Below, one piece after another: positions 17,795-27,340 of a stretch of 64,000 bases of DNA. This DNA is from a virus. The notes under the pieces are model-generated. The model had not been told where the DNA came from, did no database searches, and saw nothing but the letters and a program-made list of their open reading frames with translations. The stretch covers positions 32,001-96,000 of IMG/VR virus record IMGVR_UViG_3300032224_001591, one strand, 5' to 3'. Position numbers and translations under genes: made by a program. The first letter of the stretch is position 1; each line of letters opens with the position of its first letter.

Positions 17795-18925
17795 ATGGCA
17801 AACAGAGACATTCTGAAAGAAGCTATTGCTGACGCTAAATCAATTAAAGAAGCAGCAATCGCAAACGCAAAAGTCGCTCTAGAAGAAGCCTTTACTCCGT
17901 ATCTAAAAGAAAAATTATCAGCTAAATTAGCTGAAATTGACGCTATGGACGAAGAAATGGATGAATCAAAAGAGATGGACGAAGCTGAAATTGACGAGTA
18001 TGGTGATGAACACCCAATGTCGACAAAAGACGCTTTAAAAGAAAAATCTATGGACGAAGAAATGGATGAAACCATGGACGAAGAAATGGACGAAATGAAA
18101 AAATCTATGGACGAAATGGACTTAGATGAGTTATTAAGAGAATTAGAAGACATGGAAGAAAACATGGACGAAGTAATCAACGATCCTAAAGGTCCAGGTG
18201 CTCACGGTAACGTTGCTCCTCCAGGACAATCTGACACTGACTTAAACGAAGCTAAAGAAGGCGACGAAGAAGAAGACGTTGAAATCGACATCGAAAACAT
18301 GTCTGAAGAAGATCTTAAATCATTTATTGAAGGCGTTATCGCTGACATGGTTGCGGCTGGCGAATTAGAAGCTGGTCACGAAGGTATGGAAGACGAAGAA
18401 GGCGCTGAAGATGAAGAAAGTGAAGAAGAAGTTTCATTAGACGAACTTATGGACGAAATGGAAGAAGGCTCAGGCTACGATGAAATGGCTAAAAATCAAG
18501 CAATGAAAAACTCTCATTACGAAAAAATGAAAGAAGAAATGGACGAAATGAAGAAAGAACTTGAAGAAGCTTATGAGGCTTTAAATAAAGTTAAATCTGA
18601 AATTAACGAAGTTAATCTTTTAAATTCTAAACTTCTTTACTTAAACAAAGTGTTTAAAGCTAAAAACTTAACTGAATCACAAAAAGTTAAAGTATTAGCT
18701 GCTTTTGACAAAGCAACAAGTAAAAAAGAAGCAAAATTAGTTTACGAAACAGTAATGGAAAGTTTAAACAACACAAACACTACAAAACGTCCAGTAACTG
18801 AATCCGTAAGAGGTATGGCTTCTAAAGTTATAAGCGGTACTACTAATAATAGTACAAAACAACCAATTATTGAAGTTAATGCTGCTTTCGAAAGAATGCA
18901 AAAATTAGCTGGAATTAAAAAGTAA
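17795..18925 (+). CDS. Prohead scaffold/core protein (T4 gp22-like position)
   Basis: Lies between protease and capsid; very acidic with MDE repeats and coiled coil; ends FERMQKLAGIKK. ATG at 17795 is preferred to TTG at 17783. Confidence 0.8.
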   Translation: MANRDILKEAIADAKSIKEAAIANAKVALEEAFTPYLKEKLSAKLAEIDAMDEEMDESKEMDEAEIDEYGDEHPMSTKDALKEKSMDEEMDETMDEEMDEMKKSMDEMDLDELLRELEDMEENMDEVINDPKGPGAHGNVAPPGQSDTDLNEAKEGDEEEDVEIDIENMSEEDLKSFIEGVIADMVAAGELEAGHEGMEDEEGAEDEESEEEVSLDELMDEMEEGSGYDEMAKNQAMKNSHYEKMKEEMDEMKKELEEAYEALNKVKSEINEVNLLNSKLLYLNKVFKAKNLTESQKVKVLAAFDKATSKKEAKLVYETVMESLNNTNTTKRPVTESVRGMASKVISGTTNNSTKQPIIEVNAAFERMQKLAGIKK

Positions 18926-18961
18926 ATTTAAACAATTAAAAAACAACTAAAAACTAAAACG

Positions 18962-20689
18962 ATGAGTCAAATTCAATCATTATTAGAATCTGCTAACCCA
19001 TACAAATCGTTACAAAGCGATGCAGCTAAATTAGCTAGCAAATGGGCAAAAACAGGCCTTTTAGAAGGCTTAGACGAGACAAACAGAAATAACATGTCTC
19101 TTATGCTTGAAAATCAAGCAAAACAATTAGTAAGCGAGGTATCATCTACTGGTACAGGTGCTTTCTTTACTCCAGGACAAGGTGAACAATGGGCTGGTAT
19201 CGCTTTACCGTTAGTACGTAAAGTGTTCGGTCAAATCGCATCTAAAGAATTCGTAAGCGTTCAACCGATGAACTTACCTTCTGGTCTTGTGTTCTTCTTA
19301 GATTTCCAATATGGAACTGGAAAGAATCCATTCGCAGTTAACAGTTCAGTTTATGGTACTACTGGTTCTCAGTATCCATTTGCTACTCCATCTGCATCTG
19401 GTGGTCTTTATGGCGCTGGTCGTTTCACGTATTCTACCAACCAATTTAGTGCTTCTGTTAATTTAACAGGTTCGGTTTCAGGTTCAGCATTACCTGCTAA
19501 CGTTGCAGCTAGTACAGCTACAGTAGTTACAGCTTCTTGGTCTAACTTGAACTTTGATTCTGATTACTCTGCTTCAGTTGCAGCAAATCAAATCTATGCA
19601 GTTACTGTTCCAACAGCTTCTACTGCTTTATCTGCATTTGACCAAGACGCAGTTCGTGGTTTTACTACTTACTACTCTGTAGGTACAGGCGTTACTGGTG
19701 CTACATTTGGTACAGGTTCAATTTTACCTGCATTTACCACTTATAACTACACTGCTAACACAATCACTTTCTACTACACTGCTTCTACAGCAATTACTGC
19801 AGCTAACCTTTCTGGTTCAATGACTATCTTCTATAATAAACAAACTGACGATAACCGTCGTGGTGATTTTGAAGATTCTACAGCAACTACGTTCTCTATT
19901 CCGAATGCGCAAAGTACTAGTACTATCGTAATTCCTGAGATCAACATCAGTATGCAATCACAAGAAATTACAGCTAAAACTAAAAAATTAAAAGCTGTAT
20001 GGACTCCTGAGTTTGCACAAGATTTGAATGCTTACCAAAATATCGATGCTGAAGCTGAATTAACTAACATGTTAAGCGAGTATATCTCTATGGAGATTGA
20101 TCTTGAAATCTTAGATATGTTGATTGAAGACGCTGCAGCTGGTACTGAATACTGGTCAGCAATCAATAACAACGTTTATAACGGTTCAACAGGTGCTTTC
20201 TCAACTGGTGGTTCTGCTTTCTATAACACTCAAGGACAATGGTTCCAAACTTTAGGAACAAAAATCCAAAAATTAAGCAATAAAATTCACCAATTAACTT
20301 TAAGAGGTGGTGCTAATTTCATGGTAATTTCTCCTACAGTAGCAACTATCATCGAATCTATCCCTGGATTTGCTTCTAACAACAATGGCGAAGCTGATCA
20401 AATGGAATACGCTTTCGGTGTACAAAAAGTTGGTTCATTCAATGGTCGTTACAAAGTTTACAAAAACCCTTACATGACTGAAAACACTATCTTATTAGGA
20501 TACCGTGGTACTCAGTTCTTGGAAGCAGGTGCTGTATTCGCTCCGTACATTCCGTTGATCATGACTCCATTAGTGTACGATCCAAATACCTTCACTCCAC
20601 GTAAAGGTCTATTAACTCGTTACGCTAAGAAAATGTTACGTCCTGAATTCTACGCTAAGATCTATGTTAATGGTTTAAATACCCTTTAA
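18962..20689 (+). CDS. Major capsid protein (T4 gp23-like) with Ser/Thr-rich insertion
   Basis: LPLVRKVF, VQPMNLPSGLVF, AKTKKLKAVWTPEFAQDL, DAEAEL, APYIPL, TRYA. Confidence 0.95.
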   Translation: MSQIQSLLESANPYKSLQSDAAKLASKWAKTGLLEGLDETNRNNMSLMLENQAKQLVSEVSSTGTGAFFTPGQGEQWAGIALPLVRKVFGQIASKEFVSVQPMNLPSGLVFFLDFQYGTGKNPFAVNSSVYGTTGSQYPFATPSASGGLYGAGRFTYSTNQFSASVNLTGSVSGSALPANVAASTATVVTASWSNLNFDSDYSASVAANQIYAVTVPTASTALSAFDQDAVRGFTTYYSVGTGVTGATFGTGSILPAFTTYNYTANTITFYYTASTAITAANLSGSMTIFYNKQTDDNRRGDFEDSTATTFSIPNAQSTSTIVIPEINISMQSQEITAKTKKLKAVWTPEFAQDLNAYQNIDAEAELTNMLSEYISMEIDLEILDMLIEDAAAGTEYWSAINNNVYNGSTGAFSTGGSAFYNTQGQWFQTLGTKIQKLSNKIHQLTLRGGANFMVISPTVATIIESIPGFASNNNGEADQMEYAFGVQKVGSFNGRYKVYKNPYMTENTILLGYRGTQFLEAGAVFAPYIPLIMTPLVYDPNTFTPRKGLLTRYAKKMLRPEFYAKIYVNGLNTL

Positions 20690-20710
20690 TCTAGAATAGA
20701 ATAGATAAAT

Positions 20711-20740
20711 AAAGACCCGGGCTTTTGCCCGGGTTTTTTA
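20711..20740 (+). terminator. Intrinsic terminator after capsid gene
   Basis: AAAGACCCGGGC-TTTT-GCCCGGGTTTTT. Confidence 0.8.
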
Positions 20741-20782
20741 TTTTTATTTTTAATATTTATACGAAACAAACGTTATAACAAT

Positions 20783-21442
20783 ATGCAAAAACCAAATAGG
20801 GAACGCAAAGGTGAAATAAAGGCAATTAGTAATGTTCAATTAAATGAAGAACAAAAAGAGGCAAAACGATTAATAATAGAAAATCAAATTGTTATAATAA
20901 CAGGTAGAGCAGGTTCAGGTAAATCATTAGTAGGAGCACAAGCCGGTCTAGAATTTTTATTAAAAAAACAAATTTCCCATTTATTCGTAACACGTGCAAC
21001 AATTGAAGTAGGCAAAACATTAGGATATTTGCCAGGCGATTTAGGCGATAAATTCAATCCGTACATTGAAGCGTTACAGGAAAATTTAGCTAAATGTTAT
21101 GATCCCGTTAAAGTAGATGAACTTATAACTAACGGTAAAATTAAAGCATTACCAATTCAGTTTATTAGAGGTAAAACAGTAGATGATGTTTTGATTGTAG
21201 AAGAAGCACAAAACATAACTAAACATGAAATGTTAGCTATTCTTACACGTTTAGGTAAAACCGGTAAAATTATAATAAACGGCGATTTAGAACAAAGCGA
21301 TATTAAAACCGGTGAAGCTAATGGGTTAGCATACGCTATTGAATTATCTAAAAAAATAGAAGATATTAAGTGGATTAAACTTAAAGAAAATCACCGTTCA
21401 GATCTAGTAGGAAAAATATTAGACTACGAATACAACAAATAA
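20783..21442 (+). CDS. phoH: PhoH-family ATPase
   Basis: GRAGSGKS, LGYLPGD, FIRGKT, EEAQN, TRLG, GDLEQSD, HRS. Confidence 0.92.
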   Translation: MQKPNRERKGEIKAISNVQLNEEQKEAKRLIIENQIVIITGRAGSGKSLVGAQAGLEFLLKKQISHLFVTRATIEVGKTLGYLPGDLGDKFNPYIEALQENLAKCYDPVKVDELITNGKIKALPIQFIRGKTVDDVLIVEEAQNITKHEMLAILTRLGKTGKIIINGDLEQSDIKTGEANGLAYAIELSKKIEDIKWIKLKENHRSDLVGKILDYEYNK

Positions 21443-21460
21443 TTTACATATTTATTTTAC

Positions 21461-21488
21461 AGGGACTCTGAATTAGGGTCCCTTTTTT
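21461..21488 (+). terminator. Intrinsic terminator
   Basis: AGGGACTCT/AGGGTCCCT stem plus T-run. Confidence 0.65.
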
Positions 21489-21508
21489 AATATTTATGAA
21501 TAAAACCA

Positions 21509-21934
21509 ATGGCGGATTTTAATTTACAAATATTAGAAAAAATAACAATAAACAATGTTGTTAGGGATGTATATACAACTCAAACAATCACTGGTATAAA
21601 TTTTATTGATAATAGAATATTAACTACCCCAACCGGATCTACTACTACAATATTCTCATTTGGTTCAGCTAATAATGCAGGAACTTTTATTACAAGTAGC
21701 TTTCAATATGGTAGAATAACTAATCAATCAGATACTATTCCTCTTAAACTTATTGTTTCATCATCAAATGAAGCTATGAGTTATTTAGTAAATCCTTCTA
21801 GTACATTTATGTTAACTACTACTAAAATGACAGGAAGTACTAATCTAGGAACATTTAATGATATAGTATCCGTAAAAGTAATCCCATCAGGAAGTGCAAG
21901 TGTTAATGTAGAATATTTTATAGCAACAACTTAA
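21509..21934 (+). CDS. Putative virion structural protein
   Basis: 141-aa Thr/Ser-rich, beta-type ORF with the late motif upstream. Confidence 0.55.
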   Translation: MADFNLQILEKITINNVVRDVYTTQTITGINFIDNRILTTPTGSTTTIFSFGSANNAGTFITSSFQYGRITNQSDTIPLKLIVSSSNEAMSYLVNPSSTFMLTTTKMTGSTNLGTFNDIVSVKVIPSGSASVNVEYFIATT

Positions 21935-21940
21935 TAAAAT

Positions 21941-23086
21941 ATGAATATACCTATTTATAATGGCGTGTCTAATTTCCAACCAGGAGATACTCCGTTTGGA
22001 TTTTACGACAATGATCCTCAATTTCAGACAGATGCTAATAAAGTAACTAAATTTTGTGCTCAACGTTTAGGTTATCCTATTATGGATGTTGAGTTACAAA
22101 ACATAAACTTTTATACAGCTTTTGAAGAAGCAGTTACAACTTATGGTAATGAACTTTATGCGTTTAAGGTTAGAGATAACATGCTTACTTTTGAAGGACT
22201 ACCTACATCGTCTAATTTGAATCAAGCGCTTATTACGCCTTCATTCTCGACTATTGTACGTATGTCTCAACAATATGCTGAAGAAGCAGGTACTGGGGGT
22301 AATGTAACTTGGTATAGTGGTTCTATTCAATTACAACCTGGAGTTCAAGATTATGATTTAACAGATTGGGCAATTTCTCAAAGTATAACAGGTGGTATTG
22401 AAATTAAAAGAGTATTTTATTATCCACCACCAGCAATTAATCAAATGTATAGTCCTCTTACTTATGGAGGTTTAGGTGGTGTTCCGGCAGTTGGTACTTA
22501 TGGTTTAGGTTTTGGTCCTACAGGTTATCTTATGGTACCTACAAGTTTAACAATTCAAACAGCTCAGGCTATTGAAATGCAAAACCAAGTTACATTATCA
22601 AATTATACTTTTGAATTAATTAATAATATGTTAAGAATATTCCCAATGCCTGGCTTTGGAAATGTTTATGGTTATATGTCTATTGAATATATTACTTTAG
22701 ATGATAGAACAAATAGTGCGGTACAACAGACACCTGATAAAGTTACAAATGAATCAAATGTAAATTTTCAAAATCCAACATATTCATATATTAACTCTAT
22801 TGGTCGACAATGGATATTTGAATATACTTTAGCTTTATCTAAAGAAATGTTAGGATACGTTAGGGGAAAATATGGTTCAAATATTCCTATACCAGGAGAA
22901 GAAGTAACATTAAACCAGGATGCTTTGATAAATGCAGCAACTGCAGAAAAAGAAGCATTAGTTACAAGATTAAGAGAATATTTTGATCAAACATCAAAAC
23001 AATCTTTACTTGAAAGAAGAGTAGCAGAATCAGATGCTAGAGTAAAAGAAATTAATTATTCACCAATGACAATTTTTATAGGATAA
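21941..23086 (+). CDS. Neck/head-tail adaptor protein (T4 gp13-like)
   Basis: RLGYPIMDVEL, WIFEYTLALSKEMLGYVRGKY, IPG-EVTLN; position after capsid. Confidence 0.8.
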   Translation: MNIPIYNGVSNFQPGDTPFGFYDNDPQFQTDANKVTKFCAQRLGYPIMDVELQNINFYTAFEEAVTTYGNELYAFKVRDNMLTFEGLPTSSNLNQALITPSFSTIVRMSQQYAEEAGTGGNVTWYSGSIQLQPGVQDYDLTDWAISQSITGGIEIKRVFYYPPPAINQMYSPLTYGGLGGVPAVGTYGLGFGPTGYLMVPTSLTIQTAQAIEMQNQVTLSNYTFELINNMLRIFPMPGFGNVYGYMSIEYITLDDRTNSAVQQTPDKVTNESNVNFQNPTYSYINSIGRQWIFEYTLALSKEMLGYVRGKYGSNIPIPGEEVTLNQDALINAATAEKEALVTRLREYFDQTSKQSLLERRVAESDARVKEINYSPMTIFIG

Positions 23087-23087
23087 T

Positions 23088-23597
23088 ATGGCTATATTTG
23101 GCTCAGCTCGTGATGTAAGTATGTTCCGAAAGGTAAATAGAGAATTAATGGGTAACGTTATTTCTCAAGAGTGTGTTTATTATAAAGTAAATGAAGCTCA
23201 AACCCAAGTTAACATGTACGGCGAGCAACAAGGTGGAAGATATTTTTCTCCTCCTATCATATTTAACTGTTTAATTGAAGTAGGAGATCAAACCGCTCCG
23301 ACTAATGATGGATTAGTAGGATTTGATTGGCCTCTTACTTTTAGATTTTTAAGAGATGATCTAGTAGATGCTAATTTAGTCCCAGCTATTGGAGACTTTA
23401 TTATGTACCAAAATGCATATTGGGAAGTAGATAATGAAAATATGACCCACTTCTTCGTAGGTAAAGATCCAGATTATCCTTATAATGTTAACCCATTAAA
23501 TCCAGGATTAGAATTCTTTGGTTACAATGTTGATGTTATTTGTCAATGTCACTATGTACCACAAGATCGTATTAACATTGTAAACGCTAGATACTAA
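23088..23597 (+). CDS. Head closure/neck protein (T4 gp14-like)
   Basis: NMYGE, PAIGDFI...YWEV; synteny. Confidence 0.65.
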   Translation: MAIFGSARDVSMFRKVNRELMGNVISQECVYYKVNEAQTQVNMYGEQQGGRYFSPPIIFNCLIEVGDQTAPTNDGLVGFDWPLTFRFLRDDLVDANLVPAIGDFIMYQNAYWEVDNENMTHFFVGKDPDYPYNVNPLNPGLEFFGYNVDVICQCHYVPQDRINIVNARY

Positions 23598-24538
23598 TGG
23601 CTACTAAAGGAAGAACCCCCATACCTAAAACCCAAAGAGAAATAAGTGTAGGTTTACATACCTCTACAGATCCTCAAGCAGGTAATCCTAACTATTTTTA
23701 TGAATCTCCTAAAAATAATAGGGCGTTACAAACATCATTTAAAGGTGATACTGTAAAACCTTTTAGTATTGGTATTCAAGATATTGATGAGGCAATATTA
23801 TATTATTTTACAGAAGTAATCCAACCATTTGTAATTCAAAATGGACAAAGAATATCAGTACCTATATTATATGCGTCTCCTGAAAAATGGAAATCAATGC
23901 AAAAAGATGGATATTATAGAGATGCTAAAGGTGCTCCTATGTATCCTTTAATTGTATTTAAAAGAGATACTATTACTAAAAATAGAGCAATTGCTAATAA
24001 ATTAGATGCTAATAACCCAAACAATTTTGGTGTATTTACTAAAAAATATTCCATAAAAGACGCTTACTCTAATTTTCATGTACTAAATAATAGAACCCCA
24101 GAAAAAACGTATTATGCAACTATTATGCCTGATTACGTTACTATAGAATATAGTTGTACTATATTTACTTATTATATAGAACAACTAAATAAAATTGTAG
24201 AAGCAATCAACTATGCTTCTGATGCATATTGGGGAGATCCTCAACGTTTTAAATTCCAAGCTCGTATTGATTCATTTAATACAATTAGCGAATTATCAGA
24301 TAATGCTGAAAGAGCAGTAAAAAGCACGTTTAATATAAAATTATATGGTCATTTAATTCCTAGTATTTTACAAAAAGATATTAATTCTATTAAGAAATTT
24401 ACAGATAAAACTAAAGTAATATTCTCTTTAGAAGCTACAGCTAATGCCGCTATTCTTTCAGGTGAAATTAATTCAGATGGTACAGCAATGACAGCAACGC
24501 AAAAAGCAGCTCAAAGAAAAGCAACAGGATTATCATAG
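23597..24538 (+). CDS. Tail terminator/sheath stabiliser (T4 gp15-like)
   Basis: VPILYASPEKW, PLI, PDYVTIEY, EQLNKIVE; synteny. Confidence 0.65.
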   Translation: MATKGRTPIPKTQREISVGLHTSTDPQAGNPNYFYESPKNNRALQTSFKGDTVKPFSIGIQDIDEAILYYFTEVIQPFVIQNGQRISVPILYASPEKWKSMQKDGYYRDAKGAPMYPLIVFKRDTITKNRAIANKLDANNPNNFGVFTKKYSIKDAYSNFHVLNNRTPEKTYYATIMPDYVTIEYSCTIFTYYIEQLNKIVEAINYASDAYWGDPQRFKFQARIDSFNTISELSDNAERAVKSTFNIKLYGHLIPSILQKDINSIKKFTDKTKVIFSLEATANAAILSGEINSDGTAMTATQKAAQRKATGLS

Positions 24539-24587
24539 CAAATTAGGTTTCAATATTTATAATAGAATAAAAATTTTTAAATAAGTA

Positions 24588-27329
24588 ATGGCTAGAGTTA
24601 GATTTTTAGACCAAGTCCCTGTTGGAGTATATGCGGTTGATGGAGCAACAGGTAGCGGTTCTGCCGGATTACCAGGTTCTTCAGGAACATCAGGCTCAAG
24701 TGGTTTAGCAGGAACTAGTGGTAGTTCAGGTCTTTCAGGTACTTCTGGTTCTTCAGGTTTATCAGGTACAGCAGGAACAACAGGAACATCAGGTTCAACT
24801 GGTACTTCAGGAAGTAGCGGAATAAACGGAACATCAGGCTCTTCAGGATTAAGTGGAACATCAGGTAGTTCAGGTTTAAGTGGTACAAGTGGTACTTCAG
24901 GATCTTCAGGTTCAACTGGTACTTCAGGTTCATCAGGAACTAGTGGTTCTTCAGGATTAAGCGGAACATCAGGTTCAAGCGGTTTAGCAGGAACTAGTGG
25001 TAGTTCAGGAATAACTCAAAATACAGGTTCATTATTAGTTACCGCATCTGCTGCAGGTAACGTAATTACTTTTACTAAAGGAGATACTTCAACATTTAAT
25101 GTTACTGTAGATACAGGTTCTACAGGTATTTTTGTCCAATCAGGATCTTCAAATGTATATTTTACTACTTCTTCTTTAAAAATTACAGGAAGTACACTAC
25201 AAACAGCTGGAGCTCCTCCTATAACAACTGTTGCTACTCAATCAGCAGGTAATAATTATGCTCTTGTAGTAAGTCAATCAGGATGGTTTTATAATGTTAA
25301 TGCCGGAGTACCAACATCAAATGCTTGGGGTACAAATTTATCTGGTTCTTATTTTAATAACTTTACAAGTAATACGGATGTTTCTGAAATTTTAAGATTT
25401 GTAGCGGGATTATTAAGTGCTTCAGCACCCGATGCTTCTCCAAATACAAGAACTTATAGTACTACTCTTACTGAGAATCAATTAAATAATGGAACAACTG
25501 CTTCCCCTTCTGGTTTTGTACCTCAATCAGCTACAAACTCAGATGTTACTTATTTAACAGTTAAAGGATTTGCACCTACCGGTTCAGCTTTATTTTCAGG
25601 TAAAACTATATATAGTAACTCAGCATTTTCAGCAAATTATTCAAGTATAGCTGCTGGTTCTACTCTAGTATCATCATCAGCAAACGCTCAATTATTTGGG
25701 TTAGGCCCTTTAACAAGTGGAGGTCCAACACAATTTAACGTTTCAGGAACAATTAACTGGTTCTATTCAGATAACAATAATGAAACTAGTACAGCTACTT
25801 CACAGTCTGAAAATATATTATCTCAATCATCTTTTGCAACAACAAATGGTTTAACATTAGCTAAAATTAATACAGCTAACCCATCTGTAATACCTGCAGC
25901 TTATCAAGATGGTTTATTTACTAACATTTATACTTCAAGTTTATATAATGGTGGCAGATCATTTACTAGTGTAAGTTCTTCAGGCTGGTATCATATTAGT
26001 TCTTCTATAAAGATATCTTCAGGAAGTTCAGCATACAGTACTCCTGCTACGGATAAATTAAGAATATTCTTTTCTCCAATAGGTAGTTTAACAATTCCAA
26101 ATAATACTTTAGCTTTAGGATATGCGGGTAATGCTCCAACAACAGCTACTTCACGTTCATTATCCGGAGCTCCTTATTTATTAACAGCTACTTGGGATAT
26201 TTCATCTTCAGTAACAGGATTATTTAGTCCTTTATATTATACTTCATCAACAATAGCCGATTTTAATAAATCAGATACTTTAATAACATTAGCAGGAACA
26301 ACAGCGGCTTCAACAGCTACGGGTACTGTTCAAACATCAAATGCTATTTATGATTCAACAGGTACAACTGCTAGAACAATTGGTACTATACCGTTTGAAA
26401 CAGATATAGTAAAACTTACCGGTTCATCAACATTTAATGCTGGTGCGGCTGGAGCTACTAATATTACTGTTAACTCAATATCACCAACAACATATTCTTT
26501 ATTAACAAGAGGTATAAATAAAAATGGTACTCAATCTACTGTAACTACTCAAACAATATCTTATTTTACCTCTGGTACTTTTTCACAACCTGTAGGTTCG
26601 GGTTCAATGGCTTATTATGGTAGAGCTCAAGGATATGATGGTGGTTCATTAACAGGTACTACAGAACAATTTAGTGGAGAAACATACAGACTTCAAATAA
26701 CAGGTTCTTTATTATCAGGATCATATGCTAATGGTACTAAATTTGTTACTGGCTCATATTCAGTTTATACTTTAGGTGCTTTAGACTTACAAGTAAAACC
26801 AGGATATTTAGTAAAACCATCAGGTTCTACAGCTAATGGATATTGGTTAGCAAACCCAAGTGAAGCTCAAACATACAAATATTATGCTAGAGCATTCCAA
26901 ACTAATGGAACTGTTTACAGTGCAATGACTATAAATGTAGGACAAACATTAACTCCATGGACTGGTTCAGCTAATAATGCTGTTTCTGTTTTAGTTATGT
27001 TTTCTTCTTCTGTAGCGGGTACTGCTATTCCTAGTGGTGGTGGTGCTACATTACCTAGAGCGGTTTTATTTGATCCAAGTGCATTGTCTAATTTATCAAT
27101 AGCAACCAATCAAGCACAAGATAATTTTTTAAATCCTTTTTCTTCATCAATTGATATAAAAGGAAATAACCAAGGAGGTTCAGGTCTTGTGGGAACTACA
27201 TATACTATTCCTCTTACTGATACTCTTAATCAATTATTAACATCTGTTTATAAAGATTTAATAGTTATGGTACGATATAATGGCCAACCAGCCACTCCAG
27301 TTTCAACAATAACCGTAGGATTTAGTTAA
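24588..27329 (+). CDS. Ser/Thr/Gly-rich virion fibre-associated protein with short Gly-X-Y tract
   Basis: 913 aa; about 110 aa of GSS/GTS repeats near the N-terminus. Confidence 0.7.
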   Translation: MARVRFLDQVPVGVYAVDGATGSGSAGLPGSSGTSGSSGLAGTSGSSGLSGTSGSSGLSGTAGTTGTSGSTGTSGSSGINGTSGSSGLSGTSGSSGLSGTSGTSGSSGSTGTSGSSGTSGSSGLSGTSGSSGLAGTSGSSGITQNTGSLLVTASAAGNVITFTKGDTSTFNVTVDTGSTGIFVQSGSSNVYFTTSSLKITGSTLQTAGAPPITTVATQSAGNNYALVVSQSGWFYNVNAGVPTSNAWGTNLSGSYFNNFTSNTDVSEILRFVAGLLSASAPDASPNTRTYSTTLTENQLNNGTTASPSGFVPQSATNSDVTYLTVKGFAPTGSALFSGKTIYSNSAFSANYSSIAAGSTLVSSSANAQLFGLGPLTSGGPTQFNVSGTINWFYSDNNNETSTATSQSENILSQSSFATTNGLTLAKINTANPSVIPAAYQDGLFTNIYTSSLYNGGRSFTSVSSSGWYHISSSIKISSGSSAYSTPATDKLRIFFSPIGSLTIPNNTLALGYAGNAPTTATSRSLSGAPYLLTATWDISSSVTGLFSPLYYTSSTIADFNKSDTLITLAGTTAASTATGTVQTSNAIYDSTGTTARTIGTIPFETDIVKLTGSSTFNAGAAGATNITVNSISPTTYSLLTRGINKNGTQSTVTTQTISYFTSGTFSQPVGSGSMAYYGRAQGYDGGSLTGTTEQFSGETYRLQITGSLLSGSYANGTKFVTGSYSVYTLGALDLQVKPGYLVKPSGSTANGYWLANPSEAQTYKYYARAFQTNGTVYSAMTINVGQTLTPWTGSANNAVSVLVMFSSSVAGTAIPSGGGATLPRAVLFDPSALSNLSIATNQAQDNFLNPFSSSIDIKGNNQGGSGLVGTTYTIPLTDTLNQLLTSVYKDLIVMVRYNGQPATPVSTITVGFS
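24673..25010 (+). repeat. Gly-X-Y (GSS/GTS/GLS) coding repeat
   Basis: Degenerate 9-bp period. Confidence 0.85.
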
Positions 27330-27340
27330 AGATAACATAA